Assembly: GCA_023453795.1 (NCBI GenBank)
Contig: JAEXSP010000010.1
Span: 1-64,000, forward strand
DNA length: 64,000 nucleotides
Origin: Bacillota bacterium
Lineage (GTDB): Bacteria > Bacillota > Clostridia > Acetivibrionales > JAEXSP01
Direction: 5' to 3'
Part shown: positions 28,990-38,689 of the stretch, piece by piece
Layout of the letters: every line of letters begins with the position of its first letter
Position numbering within the stretch: the stretch's first letter is position 1
Notes under the pieces: model-generated
What the model was told of the DNA's origin: nothing
Databases searched by the model: none
Seen by the model: only the letters and a program-made list of their open reading frames with translations
Program-made: the position numbers and the translations under genes

Positions 28990-30465
28990 CTAGTCATTTT
29001 CAATAATTTCTTCATCAAGCCTTCTTTTTTCTACGGCATCCCTTATTCTTGCGTTTTTGCCGTAAAGCCTTACTGCGGTAAGGAGGGCGCCTATAAGACA
29101 AATTACTGCTGCTGAAATATATACCCATCTCATTCCATAAATAAAAATATCATCTCTTCCGCGTACATAGTCTGCTACTCGTTTCCCAAGCTTGCTGCTC
29201 ATACGGTTGTATAGCAGCGTAGTTGAAAGAGATATTCCTGTCACCATACCCAGATTTCTCACCAAAGCATTTATGCTCCCTGCAATTCCAAGCCTGTTTC
29301 GAGGCACTGTTGACATTATCAAAGAAGTATTAGGGGATTGGAACATCCCATTTCCTATTGCCATGACAGCTATAAAAATTATTAAAACAACCAGGCTTGT
29401 ATGAAGGTTCAGCATAGCCATGAGAAACAGACCCAGGCTTGTTAAAAGAAGCCCTGCAAACGTAAGTGATTCCGAACCGATTTTGTCGGACATATGTCCG
29501 CTTAAAGGCGCTACGATCGCAAGCAAAAGCGGCGATGAAACCATTATCAGGCCTGTTGCAGACGAGGAATATTTCATTGCATCCTGAAGATAGAATGGCT
29601 GTATAATGTTTGAGCAACTGATTGCAAGGAAAGATATAAATCCGCAGAAAATGCTCAAGGTAAACAAAGTATTCTTAAATAAATTAAGTTCCAGAAGCGG
29701 AGCCTCAATTTTTCTTTCAACCTTTATGAATATTACGAAAGTTATCAATGCAATAACAAAGCCTGACAGAATGGCCGGTTTTCCATACCCTATTTCCTGG
29801 CCCAGCGAAATTGACACAAATAAAGATAAAATAGACATCGAAAAGAATACAGCTCCTTTAACATCAATCTTTTCGCTTGAGTTTTTGGCGCTAACAGGAA
29901 GTACTTTCATTCCGAAAATGTATGTGAAAATTCCAATCGGCAGATTAATAAGAAAAATATATTTCCAACTGAAGGAGTCCACAATAAATCCTCCCAAAGG
30001 AGGCCCAACCATGGTTCCTAAAGCTACAAAGGTACCGGATATCCCGAGTGCGCGGCCCCTTTCGTTTGCGGGGAAAACATGAGTTATAATTCCCTGGTTT
30101 GTTGCCATAAAAGCGGCTGCTCCGATGCCTTGAACAATTCTTGCCGCTACCAGAAACATGAAGGAGTCTGCCAGACCGCACATAAGCGAGCCCGCAGTGA
30201 AGCCGATGATACCCCATTTAAATATCCTTGTCTTCCCAAGCATGTCCCCAAGTCTTCCAAAAATGAGAATTGTTGCTGCAATTACGGCAAGATAAGCAGT
30301 AACAACCCAAGTAATCGCCCCTGTGGAAACACTCAATTTCTTCGACATGTCTGAGAGTGCGACATTTACAATACTGCCGTCAAGACATGCCATAAAGGTC
30401 ATCAGTACAACATTGAGCAGTATAAGCATTCGATTCTTATATATTTTTTCTTGTATATTTTCCAT
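28990..30465 (-). CDS. MFS transporter, DHA2 (EmrB/QacA) drug:H+ antiporter family, 14 TM
   Basis: 491 aa. Has the DHA2 motif A region GRLGDMLGKTRIF and 14 hydrophobic segments. Confidence 0.8.
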   Translation of the reverse strand: MENIQEKIYKNRMLILLNVVLMTFMACLDGSIVNVALSDMSKKLSVSTGAITWVVTAYLAVIAATILIFGRLGDMLGKTRIFKWGIIGFTAGSLMCGLADSFMFLVAARIVQGIGAAAFMATNQGIITHVFPANERGRALGISGTFVALGTMVGPPLGGFIVDSFSWKYIFLINLPIGIFTYIFGMKVLPVSAKNSSEKIDVKGAVFFSMSILSLFVSISLGQEIGYGKPAILSGFVIALITFVIFIKVERKIEAPLLELNLFKNTLFTLSIFCGFISFLAISCSNIIQPFYLQDAMKYSSSATGLIMVSSPLLLAIVAPLSGHMSDKIGSESLTFAGLLLTSLGLFLMAMLNLHTSLVVLIIFIAVMAIGNGMFQSPNTSLIMSTVPRNRLGIAGSINALVRNLGMVTGISLSTTLLYNRMSSKLGKRVADYVRGRDDIFIYGMRWVYISAAVICLIGALLTAVRLYGKNARIRDAVEKRRLDEEIIEND

Positions 30466-30473
30466 ATTTCACC

Positions 30474-30935
30474 TTATATATCTTCTTGAATTTTATCCTT
30501 ATATTTTTTTGCATTTTGAAGAACTTTATTTAGTATGTCTATTACTTTCTCCAATTCCTGTTCATTCAAATTTTGCGTAATGACCTGATTCCAGCATTGC
30601 AGTTTCTTTTTGACAAAGGGTACGATTTCCCTGCCCCTGTCTGTCAAATATAGCTTGAACGCACGGGAATCCCCACTATCTCCTTCTTTCCGCAGATACC
30701 CAAGCTGTATAAGCTTTTGAATAGCTCTGGCAGACATTGATTTATCTATGCTTAAATATCTGCTTATCTGGTTTTGGTTAATACCCTCCTGTGTGTGAAG
30801 GACCAGCAAAAACGGGTATGTCCCGCTGCTAAGCTGATATTTCTCCAAAACCTCGTTGGCATAAGCCTGAGTGTGCCTGTATATATGGCTTGCAAGTTTT
30901 GCAATAGTAGGCTTATCGTTTATCATAGAATTCAT
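30474..30935 (-). CDS. MarR-family transcriptional regulator
   Basis: Winged-HTH MarR signature (SGTYPFLLVLHTQEGINQNQISRYLSIDKSMSARAIQKLIQLGYLRKE). It heads the MarR-MFS-MFS operon. Confidence 0.8.
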   Translation of the reverse strand: MNSMINDKPTIAKLASHIYRHTQAYANEVLEKYQLSSGTYPFLLVLHTQEGINQNQISRYLSIDKSMSARAIQKLIQLGYLRKEGDSGDSRAFKLYLTDRGREIVPFVKKKLQCWNQVITQNLNEQELEKVIDILNKVLQNAKKYKDKIQEDI

Positions 30936-31024
30936 TTCCTTTTTTTATTTTTTAATAGCATAACACAACATAGTTGATTGGTCAACCATATTGACAAAAA
31001 ATTATCACAGTGCTTACAAAGTAT

Positions 31025-31062
31025 TCCCCCTCTTCGATATGAGAGGGGGCTAGGCGGGGTGA
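31025..31062. repeat. Diverged third copy of the hairpin repeat family (CCCCCTC-ttcgatat-GAGGGGG-CTAGGCGGGGTGA)
   Basis: Shares the CCCTC...GAGGGG hairpin plus the GCTAGG(T/C)GGGG tail with the 47-bp repeats at 35399 and 35832. Confidence 0.4.
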
Positions 31063-31063
31063 T

Positions 31064-31849
31064 CTACTCCATTATCCAGTAATCATAAGTGTAATCTGAA
31101 TCGGCATACTCATAGGGCATATAGAAATAGCCCTTGTCTCCCCAATTTTCTCCCCATGAATTTCTGATTATCAGGTAGCCTGAATTATTATTGTTGTGCT
31201 TGTTATAGTAACCTCTTTTCTTTGGAACATCTTTATATCCGACTACAAGCACCGCATGACCCCCAAGTTTTTTTTCATCCTTACGAGGCATGAACATTAT
31301 TCCTGTTTCAGCCGTTTCTTTCGACTTGAAGCTCTCATAAACATCCATACCGATCATTACCGGCTGCTGCCTGAAGGTAAGGTTCTGCTTAATTTCATCG
31401 AGTGAAGCAAGAGACTTGTAAGCCGAAATCCTATACTTTGAAGCATTGATAACAGCATGTCTGCCGGGATGATGATCAAACTTTTCAATGTTATAGGGCA
31501 TCAATTTTTCTTCGCACACACCTATTTTGTTTATTGCCTTGCAAGTATCCCTTAAAGATGCGCCCGAATCTTTTTTCACATCACCGTTAAGATCTCTTTC
31601 TACATAGTATAGGAAAAGCTCTGATAGGGTTTCCTTCTCGTCAAGAAGCATTTCTCTGCAGGCGCAGCCCGTAAAAGCCGTACATGCGCCCAATTTTCCC
31701 TGATCGTAGATCGGAGGACACTTTTCTCTTAAATCCACCCTTTTGGGAAGTACCAAATCAGAATGCGGTGAAATAGTACGTGAAAATTTGTAGTCCCTTT
31801 CATCTTTCTCGTCCCGTTTTAGGTTGAACTTATAATCCACACAAATCAC
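31064..31849 (-). CDS. Papain-family (C1) cysteine peptidase, no signal peptide
   Basis: Cys region QGKLGACTAFTG, His region GGHAVLVVGY, and Asn/Trp region IRNSWGENWGDKGYFYM. Confidence 0.8.
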   Translation of the reverse strand: MICVDYKFNLKRDEKDERDYKFSRTISPHSDLVLPKRVDLREKCPPIYDQGKLGACTAFTGCACREMLLDEKETLSELFLYYVERDLNGDVKKDSGASLRDTCKAINKIGVCEEKLMPYNIEKFDHHPGRHAVINASKYRISAYKSLASLDEIKQNLTFRQQPVMIGMDVYESFKSKETAETGIMFMPRKDEKKLGGHAVLVVGYKDVPKKRGYYNKHNNNNSGYLIIRNSWGENWGDKGYFYMPYEYADSDYTYDYWIME

Positions 31850-31978
31850 CTCGTTTACATTCTATGAATTTACATAATAACATGTTCATAATTTAATAAC
31901 CGATTAAACATATAATTGCCGGTGTTCGAATATCCATAAATATGACTGTTGAATTCATGACCTTGGAGCAGCATTTTT

Positions 31979-33505
31979 ATGAGCGTAGAAAAATTTTACA
32001 AGGATACTTTTATATTGACTGTATCGAATATATTCACCGGAATTCTCGGCTTTATTTTCACCATTATTCTGTCAAGGAGGCTTGGTACCGAAGGGCTTGG
32101 ACTTTACGGACTGATCACACCGATTTACGGCTTATTGCTTTGTCTTGTAGCAGACGGCCTTGTTACAGCCATATCCAAAACATCTGCAGTATATTTTGGA
32201 AAAAAAGATTACAAGAATCTTAGAAGAACTGTCTCTACAACCTTCTCGTTCATTCTTTTTTACAGCTTTACAATTGCATTCATAGTACTAATAAACTCTT
32301 CATTCATAAGCAGATATATAATTAAGGATGCCAGAAGCTCTCTTGCGCTGGCCATTCTTTGTCCTGCAATAGTTTTTGTGCCATTATCGGCCATAATGAA
32401 GGGATATTACTACGGCACAGGTAAATTTAAAATTGCAGCTGCAATAGATATCTTTGAAAAATTCATCAGGGTGCTGGTTTTTATCTCCATAACCGGGGTA
32501 TTAGCCTTGCAAAGCATTAAAAGCAACGTTTCTGCTGCATTTTGCGCTTTAACCATAGGTGAGGCGATAAGCTTTTCATTGCTGTATTTCTTCTTTAAAA
32601 GGCTGAACAGACAATCGGTCGTTACAGTATCAAGAATTCAAAGCAGACCGCAGCTGCTTGTCAATGTTCTTAAGATATCACTGCCTCTTTGTCTTTCAGG
32701 CATAGTAACATCAATTCTCGCAGCATGTACAGCCCTAATATTGCCCAGAAGGCTCATGCATGCAGGGTTCCAATACCACACTGCGCTTTCATTAATAGGT
32801 AAGTTCAACGGCATGTCTTTAACCATAACCTGTCTTCCGCTTATTATAATAGGCTCCCTGTCCACCGTACTAGTCCCTGACCTTTCGGTCAGTCTTAGCA
32901 GTAAGAAATATGCCGATACAGAAAAAAGGATCTCTCAGGTCTTCAAAATAGCACTTTTGACTGGCGTCTCGTCTTTCATAATCATACAGTCAATGCCGGA
33001 CATACTCGGGAGACTTTTTTACAACAGGCCGGATTTAGGAGGTTATATCAGCTTTGCTTCAATATCAACCTTCCTTGTATTTATTTCATCGCCGACATAC
33101 GGGATTCTTAACGGCTTGGGAAAGCAGAAGACACTTTTAAGGAATTCCATTCTCACATCGGTTATAGAACTTGTCTCGACGTATATCTTAGCAGGCATAC
33201 CCTCTGTTAACATTTATGCAGTAGGTATAACAATCATCATATCGTCCATAGTTTCCATAATTCTTAACACTTATGAAATCAGAAAGTTATGTCCGATTAA
33301 GATGCCTGTCAAAGAGGTGGTTAGCTGTTTTGCATCAGGAATTCTCATTTACCTTACGCTGAAAACCATCGGCAAGTGGCTCCCCGACTCCCTGATGATC
33401 TTCAAGGGAATGATAATAGGCGGTGTAGGTTTGACTTTGATTCTTTATTTCAACGGACTGCTCAACAGAATAACTTCTCAGATATTCAAAAAGTCAGCCC
33501 ATTAG
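31979..33505 (+). CDS. MOP-superfamily flippase (SpoVB-like polysaccharide biosynthesis / stage V sporulation protein B-like)
   Basis: The N-terminus (FILTVSNIFTGILGFIFTIILSRRLGTEGLGLYGLITPIY) matches the SpoVB/PST-family consensus. About 14 TM helices. Confidence 0.7.
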   Translation: MSVEKFYKDTFILTVSNIFTGILGFIFTIILSRRLGTEGLGLYGLITPIYGLLLCLVADGLVTAISKTSAVYFGKKDYKNLRRTVSTTFSFILFYSFTIAFIVLINSSFISRYIIKDARSSLALAILCPAIVFVPLSAIMKGYYYGTGKFKIAAAIDIFEKFIRVLVFISITGVLALQSIKSNVSAAFCALTIGEAISFSLLYFFFKRLNRQSVVTVSRIQSRPQLLVNVLKISLPLCLSGIVTSILAACTALILPRRLMHAGFQYHTALSLIGKFNGMSLTITCLPLIIIGSLSTVLVPDLSVSLSSKKYADTEKRISQVFKIALLTGVSSFIIIQSMPDILGRLFYNRPDLGGYISFASISTFLVFISSPTYGILNGLGKQKTLLRNSILTSVIELVSTYILAGIPSVNIYAVGITIIISSIVSIILNTYEIRKLCPIKMPVKEVVSCFASGILIYLTLKTIGKWLPDSLMIFKGMIIGGVGLTLILYFNGLLNRITSQIFKKSAH

Positions 33506-33530
33506 GACTGACCTTTGAAATTATAGATCT

Positions 33531-35285
33531 TTACTCCTCCGTACGGAATTGAACATCGCACAACTGTTTATATAAACCGTTTTCCCTAATCAAGGTCTCA
33601 TGGCTGCCGCTTTCTACTATTTGCCCTTCCTTGATAACAAGAATCTTGTCAGCTCTCTTGACTGTTGAAAGCCTATGCGCAATGACTATGATTGTGCGGC
33701 TTCCGGCGAGCTCCTGTATTGCCTGCTGTATCTTGGCCTCAGTCTCAACATCAACCGAAGCTGTAGCTTCGTCAAGTATCAGAATCGGAGTATTACGAAG
33801 TACCGCCCTGGCAATTGACAAACGCTGTTTCTGTCCGCCTGAGAGCTTTACTCCCCTCTCACCGATTACCGTTTCATAGCCTTCAGGAAGCTCTGATATG
33901 AAGTCATGAGCCTTTGCAATCTGGGCCGCCTTGATAATGTCCTCCATTGAAGCCGATTTGCTGCCATATGCTATGTTATCGGCAACCGATCCGTTGAAGA
34001 GAAATACATCCTGTAGAACAATGCTGATCTGATTTCTTAGAGAGGACAAAGTCAGACAGCGCAGATCCTTCCCATCCAGCAGCACACTACCCGAAACCGG
34101 ATCGTAAAATCTGGCAATAAGGCTTATAAGAGTGGTCTTGCCGACACCCGTCGGACCGACAAGTGCAATCATCTGTCCGGGTTCAGCCGTAAAGCTTATG
34201 CCCTGAAGCACAGGAGAAGAATCAATATATTGGAAGCTTACATCTTTGAATGCAATCTGACCCTTTACATCGGTTATTTCCTTTGAATCGGGACTGTCCT
34301 TTATGTCCGGTTCCGTGTCCAAAACCTCAAATACCCTGTCGGCTCCCGCAATCGCTTGCTGCAGATCCTCCGTCACCCTTGCAAGTGTAGTCACCGGTTG
34401 ATAGAACAGGCTCAGAAATAACAGGAACCCTACAATGTCCGATACATTCAGATGATTATGAAGCGCCATCCATCCCCCAAGTCCCACGACAATGACAGTT
34501 CCTAATGCACTTACAGCTTCAACTGACGGATGAAATACAGCACTAAGCCTAAGGGCCCTCAGTACCGCATCGGAATAACCCTGGGCCTTTTTCTGAACCT
34601 TCTTTTTTTCTCTTGTCTGCTGGTTGAAGGCCTGTATTTCCTTCATCCCCGATATATTATCCTGAAGGGTTGCGTTTAACTCAGCCAATGTACTTTGAGC
34701 CTTCCTGAAATTGGGCTGAATCTTTTTAGCAAAAAACCATCCGCCAAAGGCCAGAAAAGGAATCGGTATCAACGTAAACAATGCAAGATATGCATTAATG
34801 AAAAACAATATAACAGTAACACCAACGATAGTAAGTACGTTTGTTATCAGGTCTGGAACAGAATGAGCGATCAGCGACTCGAAGGTAGCCGTATCATTTG
34901 TCGTTCTCGACATAAGCTGGCCTGTCTGCTTGTCATGGTAATACCTGAGCGATAGCTTCTGTAGATGGTCATATACAATAACCCTCATATCAGCAACCAG
35001 TCTCCACGCTGCAACATGGCTCAGATAGTTGTTCAAGTACCTGAAAACAGCCCTTGCTATATAAGACAAAGTCAGTAAAACAGAAATGATCATAATAGAA
35101 TTCATCGATTTGTCATTAAGCTTTTCAGTGACAATTGCAACCATTTCCTTTATCAGCAAAGGACTGAGCAGGTTTAATGCAGTTATTGCCAAAAGGCTGA
35201 TCCCGGATATCAGGAGAAGCCCCCAATAAGGGCGGGCGTATTTAAGTAGTCGGATAAGATTTTTCATAACAACCTCAATCTTCAT
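33531..35285 (-). CDS. Fused ABC exporter (6-TM domain + NBD; MsbA/type-I exporter)
   Basis: Walker A GPTGVGKTT, signature LSGGQKQRLSIARAV and Walker B ILILDEATASVD. The N-terminal half is a 6-TM domain. Confidence 0.85.
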   Translation of the reverse strand: MKIEVVMKNLIRLLKYARPYWGLLLISGISLLAITALNLLSPLLIKEMVAIVTEKLNDKSMNSIMIISVLLTLSYIARAVFRYLNNYLSHVAAWRLVADMRVIVYDHLQKLSLRYYHDKQTGQLMSRTTNDTATFESLIAHSVPDLITNVLTIVGVTVILFFINAYLALFTLIPIPFLAFGGWFFAKKIQPNFRKAQSTLAELNATLQDNISGMKEIQAFNQQTREKKKVQKKAQGYSDAVLRALRLSAVFHPSVEAVSALGTVIVVGLGGWMALHNHLNVSDIVGFLLFLSLFYQPVTTLARVTEDLQQAIAGADRVFEVLDTEPDIKDSPDSKEITDVKGQIAFKDVSFQYIDSSPVLQGISFTAEPGQMIALVGPTGVGKTTLISLIARFYDPVSGSVLLDGKDLRCLTLSSLRNQISIVLQDVFLFNGSVADNIAYGSKSASMEDIIKAAQIAKAHDFISELPEGYETVIGERGVKLSGGQKQRLSIARAVLRNTPILILDEATASVDVETEAKIQQAIQELAGSRTIIVIAHRLSTVKRADKILVIKEGQIVESGSHETLIRENGLYKQLCDVQFRTEE

Positions 35286-35392
35286 TTAATCATTTAATTT
35301 AGAAGTATATCAAATGTGAAATTCCTTTTCAACTCCCTATCTATCTTCCCCTCATTCTTGAAGGGAAGTATCAGTAATCCTTCGAAGCCCTG

Positions 35393-35818
35393 CTATTTCC
35401 TCCCCTCGAGGTGAGGGGAGGCTAGGTGGGGAGAGGTGGGGAGTTTCTCTAACACCCTCTTCAGTACCCCTTCAAGATTATAATATATCTCTTCATTTCT
35501 TATTCTTAAGACCTTGATACCTTTAGCTATTATTTCCTTCTCACGTATTTCATCATATGCCTTTTGCTCTTCAAGATCATGTATGCTCCCATCTATTTCA
35601 ATCGCCAGCCGTCCTTCGCTGCAATAAAAGTCAGCCACATAACGTCCTATACAGTACTGCCTCAAAAAGCGGAAGCCTCCTAGTTGTCTGCGTCGTATTG
35701 CATTCCATAGAATTTGTTCAGCTTTCGTCTGGTTATTTCGTAATTTACGAGCTATTTCTTTGACATAATCCGGAACATCTTTCCTCATTTTTTTCAACTC
35801 TCTTTCTAATTCCTTCAA
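35393..35818 (-). CDS. DUF559 endonuclease-domain protein (Vsr/very-short-patch-repair-like fold)
   Basis: AEQILWNAIRRRQLGGFRFLRQYCIGRYVADFYCSEGRLAIEIDGSIHD matches the DUF559 consensus. The last 16 codons (LPTSPHLASPHLEGRK) are encoded by repeat copy A. Confidence 0.8.
   Translation of the reverse strand: MKELERELKKMRKDVPDYVKEIARKLRNNQTKAEQILWNAIRRRQLGGFRFLRQYCIGRYVADFYCSEGRLAIEIDGSIHDLEEQKAYDEIREKEIIAKGIKVLRIRNEEIYYNLEGVLKRVLEKLPTSPHLASPHLEGRK
35399..35445. repeat. 47-bp repeat copy A (CCTCCCCTCGAGGTGAGGGGAGGCTAGGTGGGGAGAGGTGGGGAGTT)
   Basis: Identical to 35832-35878. Contains the internal hairpin TCCCCTC-gaggt-GAGGGGA. Overlaps the 3' end of the DUF559 CDS. Confidence 0.85.
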
Positions 35819-35831
35819 AGCCTTACTAGTC

Positions 35832-35878
35832 CCTCCCCTCGAGGTGAGGGGAGGCTAGGTGGGGAGAGGTGGGGAGTT
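35832..35878. repeat. 47-bp repeat copy B (direct repeat of copy A)
   Basis: Exact 47/47 match to copy A. It lies between the DUF559 start and the stop codon of the upstream permease gene (overlaps the stop by 2 nt). Confidence 0.85.
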
Positions 35879-36674
35879 ACAGCTTTGTCGTCATCATATT
35901 TCCTGATTCATAGCGTTTCAATCCTTTTCTGAACAGCATATAGCCAAAAAGGACAAACAATACGTCAATAGCAACGAGTATCAGGAGCAAGACCGGATCA
36001 AACCTGAAAAATATCTTTAGCGGAATGAAAACAATGAATCCTGCTGGCAGCAGCGTATAAATGACCCATTTCGCCCACCCCTTGAAGATTGTTTCAGGGT
36101 ACAGTGAAAAGGATATGATAAACTCAAATACGGTATTGCTTATAAATGTTGAATTCCCGATAAAAAAGGTAAGTGTTTCAGCTGTTGCAAACACGCTTCC
36201 CATAAGGAGTCCACCCAGCAGAGTAAGAATCAGGAATTCTAAAAAACGTAAAGGGTGTATTCCAAACGTTATGATAAAAAGAATTATGCCGTATCCGAAG
36301 TCTCCCCATGCAGATATATTCGTCCGGGAGCATAAAACATTTATGTATACATCCTTGGGCTGCAGCAGAAATGCATCCAGTTCTCCCTTCATGATGATAT
36401 TTCCAAGGTTCCTTATGTTGCCGAAAACGATAAAGGCAAAGCCAAAGCATGCGGGGCATAGAGACCAAAGGAACATAACATCTTTAAACCCGTAGCCGGC
36501 TATGCTGTTTGTTTGATTAAATATGATCCACCAGAAGAATATAAACGACAGATTGTTTACCATCATTCCAATAATCTGGGTAATAAAGCTGGCCCTGTAT
36601 TCCATTGATGCGGACAGATTGAATTTAAAGAATTTCCATATGAGTTTTAAGTGCTGCCTAACCTCCGTTAACAT
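35877..36674 (-). CDS. ABC-2-family transporter permease
   Basis: About 6-TM membrane protein. Third gene of the ATPase-permease-permease operon. Confidence 0.7.
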   Translation of the reverse strand: MLTEVRQHLKLIWKFFKFNLSASMEYRASFITQIIGMMVNNLSFIFFWWIIFNQTNSIAGYGFKDVMFLWSLCPACFGFAFIVFGNIRNLGNIIMKGELDAFLLQPKDVYINVLCSRTNISAWGDFGYGIILFIITFGIHPLRFLEFLILTLLGGLLMGSVFATAETLTFFIGNSTFISNTVFEFIISFSLYPETIFKGWAKWVIYTLLPAGFIVFIPLKIFFRFDPVLLLILVAIDVLFVLFGYMLFRKGLKRYESGNMMTTKL

Positions 36675-37446
36675 TCAGCATTTTCACTCCCTTCGAATAG
36701 ATTCCGAACGCCAGAACAATAAAAACAGCAAGATATATGCCTTGTGCTGCAAGTAAATTTTCAGCCCGGCTTACCGAGAAATCAACTGTCAGCTTTGCAG
36801 GCGCATAGGACATATATGGGAATGGCGTCAAAAGAGCAATATTTTTCAGCCAGCCCGGAAGGAATTCCACCGGAAGGAAAACCCCGAATATAAAGGAAAG
36901 CTTCTGGAATACCCAGAAAAATGCCATATTGTCTTCCAGCCAGAAAGATGTCATCGCTATGGAAATATAGATGAAAAAGCTTATAAGTATACTTATGACA
37001 GCAGAAAGCACAATAAACGGTATGGCTTCAATTCTGAAGCTTTTCAGCCCTCCTACATAAAGGAATCCTATTACAATGCCCATGATGACATTTATAACCA
37101 GCTTGAAGGCAATGACCCCAGCTCCGTTTGACAGCTGGTAAAGGACGTAATGGTAAGGCCGGTTTAACAGATATGCAATACTTCCTTCTTTGATTTCCAC
37201 ATTTACGTCATTAAAGGCATTGCTTCCCGACAGCGTTATGATTTCTGTGACAATGCAGTACCATATAACTTGCTGGATGGTGTACCCGGACAAATCAGCT
37301 TTTCCTCCGTATATGATCTTCCACAGCTGCAGGAATATATAGATAATGAATGCAAAAAACACCGTGCCTCCAAGGAGGTTTGATACATATACAAGATTGC
37401 TTTGAAGACTTGTAACGGCTATTTTACAATACTTTTTAACTTTCAT
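36658..37446 (-). CDS. ABC-2-family transporter permease
   Basis: About 6-TM membrane protein. Overlaps the downstream permease gene by 17 nt. Confidence 0.7.
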   Translation of the reverse strand: MKVKKYCKIAVTSLQSNLVYVSNLLGGTVFFAFIIYIFLQLWKIIYGGKADLSGYTIQQVIWYCIVTEIITLSGSNAFNDVNVEIKEGSIAYLLNRPYHYVLYQLSNGAGVIAFKLVINVIMGIVIGFLYVGGLKSFRIEAIPFIVLSAVISILISFFIYISIAMTSFWLEDNMAFFWVFQKLSFIFGVFLPVEFLPGWLKNIALLTPFPYMSYAPAKLTVDFSVSRAENLLAAQGIYLAVFIVLAFGIYSKGVKMLNVNGG

Positions 37447-37449
37447 ATT

Positions 37450-38490
37450 CTATATCTCCTTTGCCGGCTTAACGTTGCTGCCGCTCTCGCTTTCATAGCT
37501 TGCCGTTTGGCGTCCCTGCGTTCTTGCATAAATAGTTGCTATTATCTCTTCGAGCGGCTGATTTGATACAGTTATGTCTGCAATGCTTCCTGCATTCATT
37601 AACTGAGCCATTACTTCGTGAAGGGATTGGCTTTCTGTACTGACTTCAACCCTTCCTTCATATTCGCTTTGTTTTTCATATCCGGTGACTTGGGGTTCAA
37701 CCCTTTCCGTATATTTGATTTCGATGATTTTTTTGCTGAGGTAGTTGCTCTTTAGATGATGTACAGAGTCATCAAGTACCACCTGTCCATCGTTGATTAT
37801 TACTGCCCTGCTGCATAACTGTTCAATGTCCCCTACATCATGACTTGTCAAAAAAATCGTCGTGTTCTCCTCCTGATTCAGCCTGACAATAAGGTCACGA
37901 ATCTTCTGCTTGGCTATAATATCCAGGCCTATCGTAGGTTCATCAAGGAAGAGAACCTCAGGCTTATGCAGCAGGGATGCAGCTATCTCGCACCTTATCC
38001 TTTGACCAAGTGAAAGCTTTCTTACGGGTACGTCTATTAAATCCTTTATTTCAAAGAGTTCAACAAGTTGGCTGATGCGCTTCTCCATTTCCCTTTGCGG
38101 AACTTCATAAATCGAACCCAACAGCTTCAGACTGTCCATCGGGGGAAGATGAAACCACAATTGGGACTTCTGTCCGAAGACATTGCCTATTTTATAAGCC
38201 AGTTTTTTTCTGTCTTTTTGAGGATTAAGGCAAAGAACCTTGACCGAACCCGAAGTAGGATGCAAAATGCCTGTAAGTATTTTTATCGTGGTTGATTTTC
38301 CGGCTCCGTTCGGTCCTATGAAAGCCAAAACCTCACCCTTGCATACATTAAAGTCTATACCCTTGACGGCTTCAATATCCCTGTATTGGGGTGAAACAAG
38401 AGATAAAAGGCTTGATTTGAACCCACTCTTTTTAACCTTTGTCTTAAAGGATTTTCTAAGGTTTTGAACCTCTATGATGCTCATTTTCAT
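37450..38490 (-). CDS. ABC transporter ATP-binding protein (start reassigned to MKMSIIEV)
   Basis: Walker A GPNGAGKST, signature LSLGQRIRCEIAASL and Walker B LFLDEPTIGLD. TTGGAGGTAT-ATGAAAATG at 38482-38500 gives a GGAGG RBS. The track's 34-codon 5' extension runs through a terminator-like hairpin and is rejected. Confidence 0.8.
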   Translation of the reverse strand: MKMSIIEVQNLRKSFKTKVKKSGFKSSLLSLVSPQYRDIEAVKGIDFNVCKGEVLAFIGPNGAGKSTTIKILTGILHPTSGSVKVLCLNPQKDRKKLAYKIGNVFGQKSQLWFHLPPMDSLKLLGSIYEVPQREMEKRISQLVELFEIKDLIDVPVRKLSLGQRIRCEIAASLLHKPEVLFLDEPTIGLDIIAKQKIRDLIVRLNQEENTTIFLTSHDVGDIEQLCSRAVIINDGQVVLDDSVHHLKSNYLSKKIIEIKYTERVEPQVTGYEKQSEYEGRVEVSTESQSLHEVMAQLMNAGSIADITVSNQPLEEIIATIYARTQGRQTASYESESGSNVKPAKEI

Positions 38491-38660
38491 ATACCTCCAA
38501 GTAAAAATACAAATAAAAAAGCCCATTCGAAGAAGCCGATGAGACTCCTCCACGGGCTTTTTCCCCATGGGTGTGACAAAAAAGTCCTGCAACGCTCGGA
38601 CCGAGCCTCCGTCAGTAGGAGTGGAACCCTAGATGCACTCTCATTTTTTTATTGTTAGTT

Positions 38661-38689
38661 ATTTTAGCAGGAAATGGATGCAGTGTCAA
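38661..38689 (-). promoter_or_regulatory. Sigma-A-type promoter (TTGACA-17-TAAAAT) driving the ABC-2 operon through a ~165-nt leader
   Basis: Minus strand reads TTGACActgcatccatttcctgcTAAAAT, with consensus -35 and near-consensus -10 at 17-bp spacing. Confidence 0.45.

Noticed and set aside
31942-32223. Alternative-frame ORF overlapping the start of the SpoVB-like gene.
   Set aside because: It is out of frame with the membrane protein, and the 31979 start gives the conserved SpoVB-like N-terminus.
37450-38592. Track ORF extending the ABC ATPase 34 codons upstream (MQDFFVTPMGKK...).
   Set aside because: The extension runs through a terminator-like hairpin and has no RBS. An internal MKMS start has a perfect GGAGG RBS. 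The shorter start was adopted.
38464-38658. 64-aa plus-strand ORF in the divergent promoter region.
   Set aside because: It overlaps the minus-strand promoter and leader, has no RBS, and has arbitrary composition.
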